A stretch of 60,324 nt of DNA, filler included, from Sluysia triapertura (GCA_046118255.1; 5 parts of 5 records of this genome joined end to end with filler, not necessarily neighbours in it), one strand, 5' to 3'. Positions 1 to 13,025 are shown, counted from the first letter of the whole stretch. The notes: generated by a model not told the origin, from the letters alone. Numbers and translations: made by a program.

Positions 1-112
1 ACGTCTCCAACTTTTGGTGTAAAACGTATATATTAGGCGAACCGACTCTTCAGGTAATTTGTTAGGTATAAGAAAAATACTAGCAAAGTACTTTATATAG
101 AGACTGGCATCG

Positions 113-190
113 TCAACATTTGTCAATGAAGAAGAGAATGAAATTACTTTTCTTGATTGTAAAACTACACATTTTAACAATAATTTTTAA
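113..190 (+). mobile_element. Possible Penelope-like reverse transcriptase remnant
   Basis: Translates STFVNEEENEITFLDCK, resembling the PLE RT motif FTxExExxxxLPFLD. Very short. Confidence 0.3.
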
Positions 191-286
191 AAGAATACAA
201 TCACTTTTTAAATATTACTTGTAAGAATACTTTCCAACAGCTCTCCTCGTCAATTGATGCAATGTGATTGTCCAAATTCTTAATAT

Positions 287-357
287 CTGCTACCTTGGCT
301 GCCAGGAAACTCTTTCCAGACATGAATCCTATAGAAAATCTGTGGGAGATTGTCAAA
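287..357 (+). mobile_element. Tc1-family transposase remnant (catalytic motif), frameshifted
   Basis: LLPWLPGNS / PDMNPIENLWEIVK across a frameshift matches the Tc1 WPxxSPDLNPIENLW signature. Confidence 0.8.
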
Positions 358-2219
358 ATGGGAGTTATCTTTATTAGCTTTTAAAACTTGCATTAATCCA
401 GAATGAAACATATCATATCATTGGCGTGCACTCTATATTTTCTAAGTGCATTTCCACCAATAGCATCCTTGAGAAATACCTTAATGTTATAGTCACCTAA
501 ATCAATGTTATTCAGTGTTTCTTTATCAGTAAAAGATCAACTCTTTGTCTTCGAACTGTTGATCTGAACATTGCCTATCATTTTTTATTTTTCGACTATC
601 AATCATTTTAAATTGATTTATTAATTTTGAATAATTTATTGATCTTACTTCAGCTGTGTCTCCATACAACTTGTCAAACTTAATAATAACTTTCGTTTAT
701 ATACTCATTGCGTGCAGCTAAGTTGATCCGTTCCTGTTTCGTTAATCCTCGCATACTTTAGCCAGATTTTCTGTTAATTTATCTGGCAATAAATTCAAAT
801 CAGAAACATAATTAAATAATGCTTTATAGCAACAAAACGTATATTACAAATTATTATTTTGTTTGAAAGCTGATAGAAGGATTTTATTATCATCATTGTT
901 GCTATCAGAATTAAAGTTATATTACAATTATAATAAAATGTTTTAAAATATTGAGTATAGGAAAGCTGTAGAATGGTTCACGTTGATGGGATTTAAATTT
1001 TCAATTTCGTTTATTGTATTGTAGAAGTCGATTTGTTTATAGGTTTATTTTGTAATAGAATGAGATTTATGGAGTTGTACCAACATATTTTGATCGAAAA
1101 GTGGATTCGAAGGCTCGATCATTTATTACAAATAATTATCTGGATGTGTTACTTTACAAATAAATAGCTGTAATGAGAAAATTTTAAATGTTATCAATGT
1201 TTATAGGAGCTTGAAACGAGTTACTTTAGAATATTAATCATTATGAGGATATTTGTAACTTGATATAGTTCAACAAAGTTAGTTGTGTTAATTGATTAAT
1301 CGATTAATCGAATTAATCTCAGTGAATTCCCCAAAGTTAAATGCAATTAAAAAACCCCTGCACAAATAAATTGATTTTGGTTATAAATGTACAATTATTG
1401 CAATAAGGCTAAGTTAATTATATCTGTTTTTTCTAATATCATGTGTAAAAAGCCTTGATTAAAATTCAATTTTATATTTTAAATATAAATAGATAATATT
1501 TTCTTTCTGTTGCATTATCATTCTACATATATGCAATCTTTGTATTTTCGTGATCTGTAAATTTAATCCATTTGTATTGAACAATTAAATTTTCCTGATA
1601 TTTGGCAATATAAGTGCAATTAAATTTTAATCTAATTTTGTTGTAATTTCTAAATTTAGGCGACTAAATAATTAAGATATCAATAAAAGTTTAAAATTAA
1701 TAAATGCAATACAAGGCTATTTTAAAACTATCTATCATCTAAATATAATTTAGTTTAATAATTTCGTAATATTACGTATGATTAAAATAATAAAATATTT
1801 CGAAATATTGTAAAGGATAATAATGGTATATTCAATAGATCCAATTTGATGGCAGGTAGCAATGATCATTTGGCTGGTGGTTTATTAGTTGCATTACTCG
1901 GTTTTGGTTATGGAATATAATGTAATCATGATAATTTAATTGTAAATAAATTTAGTTTAAACAATTAAAAATATTTATATGTATATTTAAATTTTGTGTA
2001 CATTTTAATTATTTATAAAAAATTAAATAATTGGTGTTTTAATAATTAATTTATTGTTTATTGCATTATCTATTAATTAATTATACAGTTTTAGCAATAT
2101 ATTTAAAAAAAATTATTTTGAATAATTTTTATTTTTGTTAATTTTTAATTGTTTATATTTGTTTTTTAAAGTAATTATCAAAAATATATTTTTATAAATC
2201 AAACTTATTACTATTCGAA

Positions 2220-2718
2220 ATGTGTGAAGTTATCAAATCCGGTAACTTAATGAAATTCTCTGAGTCGGTGTTTACAACAAACTGGCGATATAATTATGTT
2301 GAATTACTTAAAGATTCAACTTTTCGATGGTTTGAATCGAAAACTGAACGTACTCCAAAACGATCAATTTCTCTTAAAGTATGTTAATTTGAAATGCGTA
2401 GTTCGAAAAATATGAATATTTATTTAGAATGTCGCAGCTTTTCTTGCATTTGGTGATATTGTTATGCAATTACCATTTAAACCTGATTTAAAAGGCAATC
2501 AGATTAATCTAATGATTGCAATTCCACACGAAAATAATCGAGAAACTAGGCTCAGCTTTTTTCTATGTGCAAATGAAACGGAATTAAAGTTAGATATTTA
2601 TTATTTTAAGTTACGTAATAATTATTTTGTAAAATTTTGTACTTGAAATTAATGTTATACCTTATATTATATTTCATTTAGGGATTGGGTGAATGCAATT
2701 CTAAGCACGGTTAGTTAA
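2220..2718 (+). CDS. PH-domain protein (PLEKHB/evectin-like), 3 exons: 2220-2378, 2428-2588, 2682-2709 or 2718
   Basis: GT-AG introns at 2379-2427 and 2589-2681 keep frame. Spliced product MCEVIKSGNLMKFSESVFTTNWRYNYVELLKDSTFRWFES...FLCANETELKDWVNAILST has the PH beta1-beta3 pattern and the C-terminal helix Trp. It may continue from a GT donor at 2710. Confidence 0.8.
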
Positions 2719-5398
2719 TTTTGATGCTGTCTTTAACAGAAGTATATTATGTTAAATTTTAGTTTACATTTAATGTAACGTTTATATTGGCGAATTTTAT
2801 TTATTATAATGTTACGTATATCTTGAAAATTTCCTGTTTAACTTTTTAAACTAAATTTAAATTTCCCCATTTAATTTATAATGTGGAATAATTTTTTGTC
2901 ATATACTTCGTTTTATTAAAAATTTTGCATTTATAACTGTAAATAATTAGTATTAGAATTTCTAACTTTCTCCTCGATGGTAGGCTACTTTTTTGCACGA
3001 AATTATTTCATCTTAACTCGGGCATCCTAATTTACGCCGATAACTTTCGAATCTTTGATCTGTTTTTAATTGTGTTTTTATTTGAAACTTATACTTAAAG
3101 TGCTGACGAGGTACTGTAATGTTTCATATATTTCAAAATTTATATTATGTTTTTGTATGTTTTGCAAAAAATGGATTTTTTGATGTATATTTGTTTCGTA
3201 TAAATGATTTAATTTTGAAAAAAACTAACTATTGAAGCGTTTATCTTATATAAAACCTTTAAGTGTCTTTCAGAATTAGTGAATTTACAAAGGTCCAGAA
3301 TTAACTAATGACTGAAATATAAAAACAATTTATCAAAAATAAACGAAAATTTCCTTAAGTAAAAGTAATTGTAAAATGCTCTTGGTTCTTCTGTGCTGAA
3401 GCATTCCAAAGCATCGTTTTCATATGACATAAAAAACTGACTTTTAATTTGAACCTTAATCAAAGCTTATAGTAAATCTACCATCTATTTGTGTTAGTAT
3501 AATGATTTCTAGTTAAAGAATAGCTTCCTACATTTATTTCTTTGTCTTCGTCGGTTTTGAAGATTGATTTTCTGAAAATTTTAATTACTTGAGTTTTAGA
3601 ATAATGATGCTGTTTAAAAACCAAGCAAATGAATAAGCTGCTGGTTCGCTTATAGTAAGTGACTTGTAACTTAAAATTGGCTTCCCTATAGAATTGTATC
3701 AATGTAATTTATGAAGTTAACGTAGTTAGGGTCTAATTTATTTATTTAATAATCTTATCTCTATGAGTTCTTAATTATTTTTTAATTCAAAAATAATGTA
3801 AGGGTACAGTACAAAGCTTAAAAATTAAGCACATTTGAAATCTTAATACAAAACATAATAATAATTCGCATTATGCAGAGGTCTGAAGATAGGAATCGAA
3901 TTATGTCAGGGTATGAAAGAAAATAATAATATACAGATAAGTACAAAAGGCCTCGAGCTTTAAAAAGATTAATACATTAATAAAAATCGTAATAGTACGC
4001 TTCAGTTATATTAATTTTATATTATATTAGTTTCAATTGTGGAAGTACACAACACTGTACGCTTCAATTACAGTTGTTTTAAAAGTACAAGATTAATAAA
4101 TTTAATAATTAAAAAAATTACAAACTAATTATTTAAAGAAATTAATTACAATTGTTGTAGTTTTAATTTGGAAAATACACCTAAAGACGATAAATAAAAT
4201 AATTTTTACCAACTTAATTCATAACAACTTAATTACGAAATTAACATAACAAAAGGTGTAAATTTCGCAGTTCCAAATCTCTACAAATGAGAATTCACTA
4301 TTAACATTACTAATCGATTACAGTTCCATTTCGGCACACAATTGTGATATATTCCAAATTTGCTCGAATCCATTATTCATATAAAAAATTAATTTCACAT
4401 TAGTTTTTAACTACATGGGTTTTGGCACAATTGAAAAAGTGCACAAAATACAGATAAAATTCTAGTTTGTAAAATATATTGTAATTGGAAATTAATATTA
4501 AATTAACAAAATTAATATTAAATTACTTTTTGAATACTTTTGGTAAACAAAAAATTTATTAATAATCAATTTGTTTAATCACCTCCCAAAATTTTGAAGT
4601 TATAGAGTTTGTCTTTGAAAATCCTATCATTTTGTAATTTAATATATTGGTTACGAAAAACCAAGATCGTGTTCGGTTTATATCTATCTGAACAATTATG
4701 AAAACTTAGAAAATAGGGTCCGCCTACGTTAAACGTTTTATCTTAACTAGAAGGATGTCTACGTAGGATTTAGAACACTTAAAGATGAAGGTCAACGATC
4801 AATTTACTATGCTGACAATTTATCTAAAAAATTATTAACTTCAATATCTAAGAACAATCTATTATCCTGAATTAATATGTTTCTTTTTTCAAAACTTTGT
4901 GTTATTATAAATGTAAATTAATTAAACGTAACTCTGATTTTTTAATTACAAAGGAACTCTAAGATGTTAAATTTTTAAACGTAATTTTTAACGTAACTTT
5001 AAAATCTATTCGAAATACTAACAAAAATTTATTCTAAATATTAACGTAAATTCTGACAGAAAACTTTAAATTTTATTCTAAATGCTAATTTTTTATATTC
5101 AAAGACAAAGGAACAATAATGAATTTCTATTACAAAAATATTTCCAAATAGCAATATTTAAATAATATAAGACATGATACAAAAATGATAGATAATTTAT
5201 AAAACAAATTTTTTGTATTTTGAGTATATATTGATCCAGAGATTATCTTTGGGTTGTCTTAAAAAACTTGATTATTAATTTAAGTTGATTTTGAGACCTC
5301 TTTTATTAGGGTCGAAACTTAAAGGAAATAAGCTTACTTAATCTAATACAAGAAATTCGGTAATCGATCATTTTTCCGGCGACTGAGTAATTTATTTC

Positions 5399-5576
5399 TG
5401 AATCCGCTAAATCTGCAACCAATGTTTCAAATTAGTTCAAAAATCTGCTAATTGATTTCCAACAATAGACAATCCAATTGAATAGTTTATTTTAAATCAG
5501 CTAAATCTGCGACCAATGCTTTCTTTAAATTAATTCAAAATCTGTCAATTAGTTTTCCAATAATAGATAATTCCAC
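5399..5576. repeat. Imperfect tandem duplication (about 95-bp period), possibly within a decayed gag on the minus strand
   Basis: GCTAAATCTGC(A/G)ACCAATG...TTCCAA(C/T)AATAGA(C/T)AAT occurs twice. The adjacent minus strand gives SITEF / RLSKL fragments reminiscent of gag. Confidence 0.6.
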
Positions 5577-6067
5577 TTTGAATCGATTCGATTGAATTTA
5601 TTTTTATAACTTCTGTCCAAGTAATACACAATTCTTGATCTCGACTAAAATCTTTCAAATTAATTCTAATTCTTACTTTGAATGACTTACTTTTTATACT
5701 ACTTATTTCCTTTAGATGTTTATTAATTTTTTCAAAATAATATAAATAAATATTGGTAATTTTAAAAATAATATAAATAATTGACTTCCTTTAAAATATT
5801 GGCTTCCTTTAACTAATTTAATTATTAATCATAAAATAAATAATAAACTTCCTTTCCTTTAATCATAATTATAAATAATTTTATAGTTTTAGATTTTTAT
5901 AATTAAACTTTTATTATTTACAATAAATACATTTTATAATTAAACTAAAAAATTTTTTAGAAAACTTTTATTATTTACAGAAATATTTTTTAATTTTTAT
6001 TATTTTACACATTATTTACATATACAAATTATTTACATAAAAATATTTTTAAACTTTTATTTAAAAT

Positions 6068-8150
6068 CGTAACGAGTCAGATTCAAACCCAATCTATTCA
6101 ATAATAAGTTAATAATAAGAAACTTTATTAAGTTTAGCAGATACACTCGTACTGCATAGATATAAGTTGACCTCCATAATTTTTCTATAACAAAATGCCT
6201 TTACAAAAGCCTTTACTTTCGTAAGTCTCGAACCACAGGCGGACTTAACACCACATAACAACTTTGTAAAAGTCTTCGCAACCATTTACAACAATAAAAT
6301 TGGTGTCAGGAATTAAAACGAACCCTGCTGTCTCCTGTATGTTTCACGAAACCACGTCCCACTATTTGTACATCCAAACCCATAAATTCTTTATATTATA
6401 AACATAAAATTATCACAGAAAACTATACAAATAATCATAACCATATTTATAACAATAATTCCAACGATAACAATGTGTATATTTTCTGGATAAATTTATA
6501 AATATAAATAAAATTCTATATAATAATATAAATGTATATAAAAATAATATCGAAAGTATTTTTAAAAATTATTTAAAAACACAAAAACCTTTTAAATATA
6601 ATATCACCACAACATCAATACTTCCATCTACTAGTTCTACTGATCATAGCAATAAATCTCAACAAATTACAACGAATACATCCACAAAACCCCAAGATAA
6701 CCATACATCTCTGAACACAAACATGGGCCAGAACAAAAAAACCCAGCAAACATGTCACCTTTCAACTACAAAAGAACATATTTTACAAGATACCTTCACG
6801 AAACACATCAGACACAAAAGACAAATTGAATAAAACAAAGTTAGATAAAATACAGACAAATATCACGAACTTATGTAATGCCATCAATTCATCATAAATA
6901 CGATCATTAATAAAAACAACGACTCCAATACATATAATAATATCACCCAATCACTAAACAGAACATTGAAATCTTCCCTATTCGAAACAAATAATAAACA
7001 TTTGACATAAGATATTTCATACAATAACATCAAACCTCCACTAAAACAAGGAAACTACAAGAACAGCAATACACAGGCACAAAACACCAATTCTAAACAG
7101 CTAAACGACACAGCAATACAACTTCTACCATTCAACACAAGCAATAAAAAATTTCACAAAACCGTATCACCAACTTACGCAGTAACGTTAAATCTTCACA
7201 AAATTTTTCAACAAATAAAAAGAACAACATATACACATATAATAACAATTCCGAACAATTGAAACACAATACAATACAATTTTCACTATGCAAAACAAAT
7301 GAATCACTTTATAAATACCAAACTCAAAACCACCTCAACAATTCATCTTATAACGATAAACTGTCACAAAACTCTACAAAAACGACAAATATTTACATAT
7401 ACAATAACGTCACCAATCAGTCAACAAACCATATAACAGTAACTTCATCTCTCAAAATAAACAATAAATCTTTTCACGACGATAAAATTCAAAAATCTTT
7501 TAAACCAAACACTATACCTTTTATCAGGACAACCACTACTCAAAACTAATAAAATTTTATGTTACGATATAAATGTAAGTCAAGACAACATTAATGTAAA
7601 AAAGGGCCTATCAAATTATAACCTACCCATCAGTTAAAATACAATTTAACTGATCTACAAAAAAGTATAAAATAAACGGTCAAAAATCCTTCGCACAAGT
7701 CTGTAAAAAAGGTCCCCAAGTTAAACGTGCCATTATGGCTAATTCAAAACAAAGGATTATCAAATCCTACAGTATAACCAATAAATATAATAATAAAGAT
7801 CATAAACAACGAAACATTTCAAACCAACAGACCAATAAAAGTAATTTTAAAGAAGTCAATACACTCAAGGACGTACCGAAACAATTACCTAAAAAAACAA
7901 ATGTCAAAATCAATATATAAGACCAAACGATCAATAAGTCCAACTTCAAACAAGTCAACATTTCTAAGAATATAATCTTAAACAACCAGAAAAGAACCCA
8001 AATAACAAAATCAGCCAACTAAATCAAAAACAAATATACCCAAAACAAACAACCGAAAACGTATTCCACTAATCAAATCCAAATTAAAAAATCTAATATC
8101 AATAATTCTTAAAATAATTTCTATAATAATATCAACATCATTGTTTAAAA
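6068..8150 (+). mobile_element. Putative degenerate LTR element: LTR-like segment, PBS and an A/C-rich decayed internal region
   Basis: TGGTGTCAG at 6301 resembles a tRNA-Leu PBS. It follows an about 220-bp segment (CGTAAC...TTTACA) and precedes about 1.8 kb of strongly A/C-skewed, G-poor sequence with broken frames. Confidence 0.4.
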
Positions 8151-8379
8151 TTTATAATAATTGCGTTATTGTTATTATTCTTTTATCTTTGCCAGATTTA
8201 TGTTTAAATCTGGTTAATTCACTTCTGTCTTAAATTCACCATTCTGATAATTTTTTTATATTATGAGCATAAATAATAAAATTTGTTCATTGAAAACTGA
8301 CCATATAACTCTCAAAGGCTCGTATGACAAAATCGCAAATAATTGTATTGTTAACAATATTATACAATTGAACTTGGTG

Positions 8380-9583
8380 TCAGTAGAAGAAATGGAACAT
8401 TGTAGCTATGTTCTTGAACTTTGGAAGATGGAATTTCAGCTTTTGTGTTCCATAACACGCTACTGATGACTCATTTGATGCAGTTAGATATAGATTGAGT
8501 TGATGTAATTTCTTACACAGCGTATTAGGAATTACTGATACCGCTGCACCTGTGTCAATAAGAAACTCAAGTCGCCGGTATTGAAAATTTTGGAATGTAA
8601 GCAGCATAGTGAACATGGAAAGGGATGCCATTTCGATCGGTTTAGCCGCTGTAACCGATGGCACCGTTAGTTTTTTGTTGGTGCTTTGAAAGTCGCAACC
8701 TTCTATGCACTTGCGAGCCATATTCTTATAATATGCATGGTAGGGAACTTACAACCTAACAAACAGCACTTTGACTTATTTTGGAACCGCTGGTGATAAT
8801 AGCAGATCCCGTTAAATGATCTCTCACGACTTGGAGATCTTGATGATCTGGATGATGATGATGATGATATGTTGTTTCTCGCCTTGTTGGTATGTGAGCT
8901 GTTGATGTTGGTAGCCAGTGTTGCGATGACTTTTCAAAGGGCTTCAGTCTGTGTGATGATAGAATCTAGACGTTTGCTCAAGATTTCATATGAATGGCTA
9001 CTTGACTCTATCACCGAGATTGATTTGTTGCTATTCTCGAATGTGAACTTCGGATGTGCCACAATTATCCTATCTGCGAGGTCTGCCAACTTTTCTCTAT
9101 TCTATCTGAGGTGGTGAGGCATTAAAAAATCGTTTTAGCGCGTATTGATCTTCCTCAGTTACGCATCTTAAATGTTCCAAATCATTTTTAGTTTTCTTCA
9201 GAAATTCTGACGGCTTCAGTGATCCAAGTGACTGGTTTTTGAAATATTCATGGAACAACTGATTCACATTACGACTGAAATGTTTCATGAGGACCTCTTT
9301 CAATTCATCGAAAGGGTTTATTGCCCTCAAACATGTTGAAATTTTCGGGCTTATAACCACCACTAGATCTATAGGTAAAGACGATATTGCCCTGGTGAAT
9401 TTCAAAGTTGAGTTCGTCACATTTTGTGAGTTAAGGTCCGCTTCTAGTAGCAGCTGCCATATGTTTGGGGTCCCATTGCTATCTACTAAGAAATTCACTG
9501 GTGTAACCGGTGTCGCAGCATTTAATTCGGTTGTAGGTGGTGTTGTACTTGTATTTGTACTTACACTTGGTGGATCGTCGTAG
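8380..9583 (-). mobile_element. Ty3/gypsy retrotransposon gag-protease, disrupted and 3'-truncated
   Basis: Gag motifs PNIWQLLLEADL..VTNSTLKFTRAISSLP, LGSLKPSEFL and LADLADRI. Cys/His knuckles CYYHQRFQNKSKCCLLGC and YHAYYKNMARKCIEGC. Aspartic protease FLIDTGAAVSVIP and LTASNESSVACYG. Confidence 0.9.
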
Positions 9584-10337
9584 TTGTGCTGTATCTTTAT
9601 TATAGCTCCATTGGTGATCCCGCGGTGTTTGAAACTGCGATTGGTCCTAAGTGGTTTAGTATTGTAGAGGAACCAGGCTTGCCTGTGATGCGTTATGCGA
9701 TGTAAAATACCTGTGTTCCTATCCAGGGTCCACGTTATTAGTGATATTTAAGCCGCAAGATACACATTTTATATTTATTTGAACCAAATTATAGTTTTAA
9801 TGATAATTCATCGGGTTTTTTATTTTTTATTATTAAAATTATTGAAATTTTTAACTAGAATTAAATAAATTAAAGATACATTAAACTTTGTAATAACAAA
9901 TGAAATAGTTAATGAAATATTCGTAAAATCTATTTTTTATAAAGCTATATTTGTAAATATTTTTTCAGCTACAAATCATCACAAAGTAATAAATGAAAAT
10001 TTTAAAAAGGTATGAATGGCTAATGAAGATATTTTAATTTGGATGATTTTGAATTTTGTAAAATTTGATCTTTTTTGATTTAATCAATAGACTTACGATA
10101 ATAATTGCTATAAATATATTATGATTATAAACCATTATGATTGTGCCTGAATTTTTGGTACCACTGAATATGAATGATTAATCTAAAAATACAAATTATA
10201 TAAAATAATGTAAAAATAAATATTAATTAAATGTTTGGCTAAAAATAAAAATCAATAAATTTGTAAGTATAAATAAAACAAGAAATTCTTACTAAATCCA
10301 TATTGAATCAGAATTAACGTCGAGTTATTAGTGTAAT

Positions 10338-10650
10338 ATGAATAACGATGAAAAAAATGATACTGCATCTAACCGCTCGTCTAATCATCATGTTAGTAAC
10401 AGGATAGCTCATGAAAAGGTTTTGAAGTTTGGATCTCACCAAATTGTTAGTCTTTTTATTCCAGTTTTGTTATGACTGGTCATTGTTGGAGTAGCTGCAA
10501 GACATGAATTGTTATCAGTCAACTAATAAAGATTTGATTTATATGCCATTTCACACAAGGTGCTCGCACCACTACTACAATACGTGAATCAGTTGCAGAT
10601 AAGGACATTTTTATTGTTGTAGTATTACCTGAGAATTTAGTTGTGATAAA
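10338..10650 (+). pseudogene. PSEN: Presenilin N-terminal/TM1-TM2 pseudogene fragment
   Basis: EKVLKFGSHQIVSLFIPVLL*LVIVGVAA then, after a frameshift, NKDLIYMPFH. Compare presenilin [24 protein letters not shown]...LIYTPF. In-frame TGA at 10473. Confidence 0.8.
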
Positions 10651-10814
10651 AGCAAATTTTGTTGTGATGAATGATGTTTTATGATAGATTTATAATTATA
10701 GAAAAACTTAATTATAATTAATTATTAATTAAATGTTTGACTAATTGAAATTGATTTTTAATATTTTGTTAGAACAAAAGGAAAAGAAATTCAAATGAAA
10801 TTTTATTTATAAAA

Positions 10815-11302
10815 ATTTTAAATGTTAAGCTCGATCTTCTGCATATGCCACCGTTTTCATGTTCTGTTCCACTATCTGAAGAAAAAACATTATTTATAAT
10901 ATTATTTCAATGAGCAAGTGAATTCATTACTTTTTGAAATTTCATAATAGATTATTGCCAAAAGGTATCGTCCAAAAACTAAGGCCCTCGACTAATTCGT
11001 TAATTTCTGATTCGCAGGCCGTATGGGTATAACCGACAATTAACTCCATTCTTCATGCACACTCCATAATTATCTGTGGAGAATGGGCAAAAGGCGATCA
11101 TTTTAGCTTTGTAAGCATCTTGTTTACTGACATTAACTTCGTGGTGATGATTATTGTTATGTTTAACTTTATAATCATAATCTTTATGGTGTTTAGCATC
11201 ATTACTGCCATCTTTATGTTCTTCATCTTTATAATCATTGCTACCATCTTTATATTGCTCGATTTTATGGTGCAGTTCAAAACAATACGTAAAATAGTAT
11301 CA
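10815..11302 (-). pseudogene. Disrupted gene with a His/Asp-rich repeat (KDGSND x2) and a Cys-containing segment
   Basis: About 100-codon frame YKDGSNDYKDEEHKDGSNDAKHHKDY...FCPFSTDNYGVCMK, a shifted continuation and a candidate GT-AG intron. No family recognised. Confidence 0.3.
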
Positions 11303-12205
11303 CATCATCGTTTATTGAAATTATTGAAAATTCTGGAAGATATAACCACGACTAGACTAATAGTGACAACTTTAAAATTCCAATCGACATTTCTAGATGT
11401 GTCTATAAGTGCTTTGTTATCTTATATTGTGATCGACACATTTCATCAATAAGCATAGCGAAGAATCCAAACTGTAAACTTGTATCATTACAACCATCTA
11501 GCTCCACTCTTAATCATTTTACATATTTTAAAAATCATTGGTTGAAATTATACATCAGCAGTGATATAGGATATGCATTGATGATGATGATGATGATGAT
11601 AACAATTCTAATTACGACGATGATGACTTTAATTATGATGTAAATTGTAGTAACGAAGATGATAATGATGATATCTTTGATGTTAATAATAATGAAAAAG
11701 TATTAGTAATAATAATGATGATAATAATTAGTAATTACTAATGATATTAATGTCCATGTATCACATATGATTCATTAGACGCGGATACTTTTAGTCATTG
11801 CATTATTTGTGATTAAAATGCAAACTGTCTAAGGTTGTAAATAAATTTACTAACGCGTTAAAGAGCATATTGTGGACTAACTGGGACGTGTGGGAATTTA
11901 TCTTTAATGTTCTTATGGATAGTTTTGAATAAACAATATTTTGCGGATGTTTGTTGCCCTATTGTTCGTATTAACATAGAGAATATATTATTTAATTAAA
12001 AGTGTATAAAATATTAAAATATGTTATAAAGGTAATAAAATATTATCTGTAATACAAAATGAATTTACTTTTTATCACTATTTTTGTAATACGATGAAAT
12101 TTTTCGAAACATGGTATACAAAATGCTTTGCTCTTCTTATTGCCTGTGCTGTTCCTTCTTCCTGTTGAAGTTTTTTGTAACATGCATAGCACCTTTTCCT
12201 TTTGA

Positions 12206-13025
12206 TTATCCATCTCCTTTTCTTGGAATCATTAAAAGGAAATGTTCATCTAAAATAGATTTTTTCTGCTTATTGCTTGATTTTACAACATATAGACTTT
12301 CCATTTCCTTTATAAGTGAAAGAACGGTGTTTTCCGAAAAATCTAGTAAACTTCCTTTCGTCAGCAATATCGTTATATAATATGTAAATATTGATTCAAA
12401 TATTAGTTCGATTGTGACGTATTTTCTTATAGGAGAATAGTAGGTGCTCATTTGAGCCAACATATCAATTTTTTTGCTTTCCCGCATTATAATTCATTAT
12501 TATCTTTGCAGTATTCTTTTCGCAATGTAAAAGAAAGAAATAGTATAATGCAAATAGTTGATAAGTCCTTGGACAGTGAATGTAGTAATTACATTAATAA
12601 TGCAAGTATTTTATGCAATTTTCCTTACAAAATACCTAGAGGTCAAGTTCACCTAACAAGATGGCGTTCTTAGGATTTTAAATTTGATCACATAGTTGTT
12701 TAGAAGTCTGTCACGTAAGATAAATACGCACCAGAATTATACGAAGTAATTAATCTACTAAGTTAAATATATGCTAGTATTTTAAGTTAGCCTCATTACG
12801 GTCTAGCAAATGATCGAAAACGATTAGATTTTAAGTTAGCTTTTTACTGTCTAGCAAATAGTGGAATATTTTAAATGTTACATCAGTAACACAATGTACT
12901 ATATTTTTATACAAAAAAATGTTTAAAACGAATATATAAAGTGTTAAATATAATGAGAAAGAAATACACTAAATTTTTAAATTTTAAATTTACAAATTAA
13001 CTTAGCCTTTAAGGTCTAAGTTAAT
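12206..13025 (-). mobile_element. Unclassified dispersed repeat with TAGACC-n-GGCTA hairpins and a decayed ORF (copy 1)
   Basis: Hairpins at 12788-12805 and 13003-13018. CTTGTTAGGTGAAC at 12647-12660 (minus) matches 16561-16574 and about 32-42. Confidence 0.5.

Noticed and set aside
32-42. TTAGG/TTAGGC as telomeric repeats
   Set aside because: Isolated single units inside a dispersed repeat, not tandem arrays.
3883-3902. Hammerhead ribozyme core (CTGAAGA...GAA); similar cores at about 47-53 minus and 3103
   Set aside because: No paired stem II and no correctly placed GAAA.
8869-9583. Plus-strand ORFs 8869-9117 and 9287-9583
   Set aside because: Antisense shadows of the gypsy gag.
10473-10475. 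In-frame TGA at a Cys position as selenocysteine or a variant genetic code
   Set aside because: The same relic also has frameshifts, and the intact genes translate cleanly with the standard code.
11120-11452. 110-aa hydrophobic membrane protein ORF
   Set aside because: Antisense translation of the His/Asp-rich repeat; hydrophobicity follows from T-richness.
12780-12860. CRISPR-like repeat-spacer array (also 20774-20998 and 56710-56876)
   Set aside because: Only 2-4 imperfect units, no regular unique spacers, no cas genes, and a eukaryotic context.
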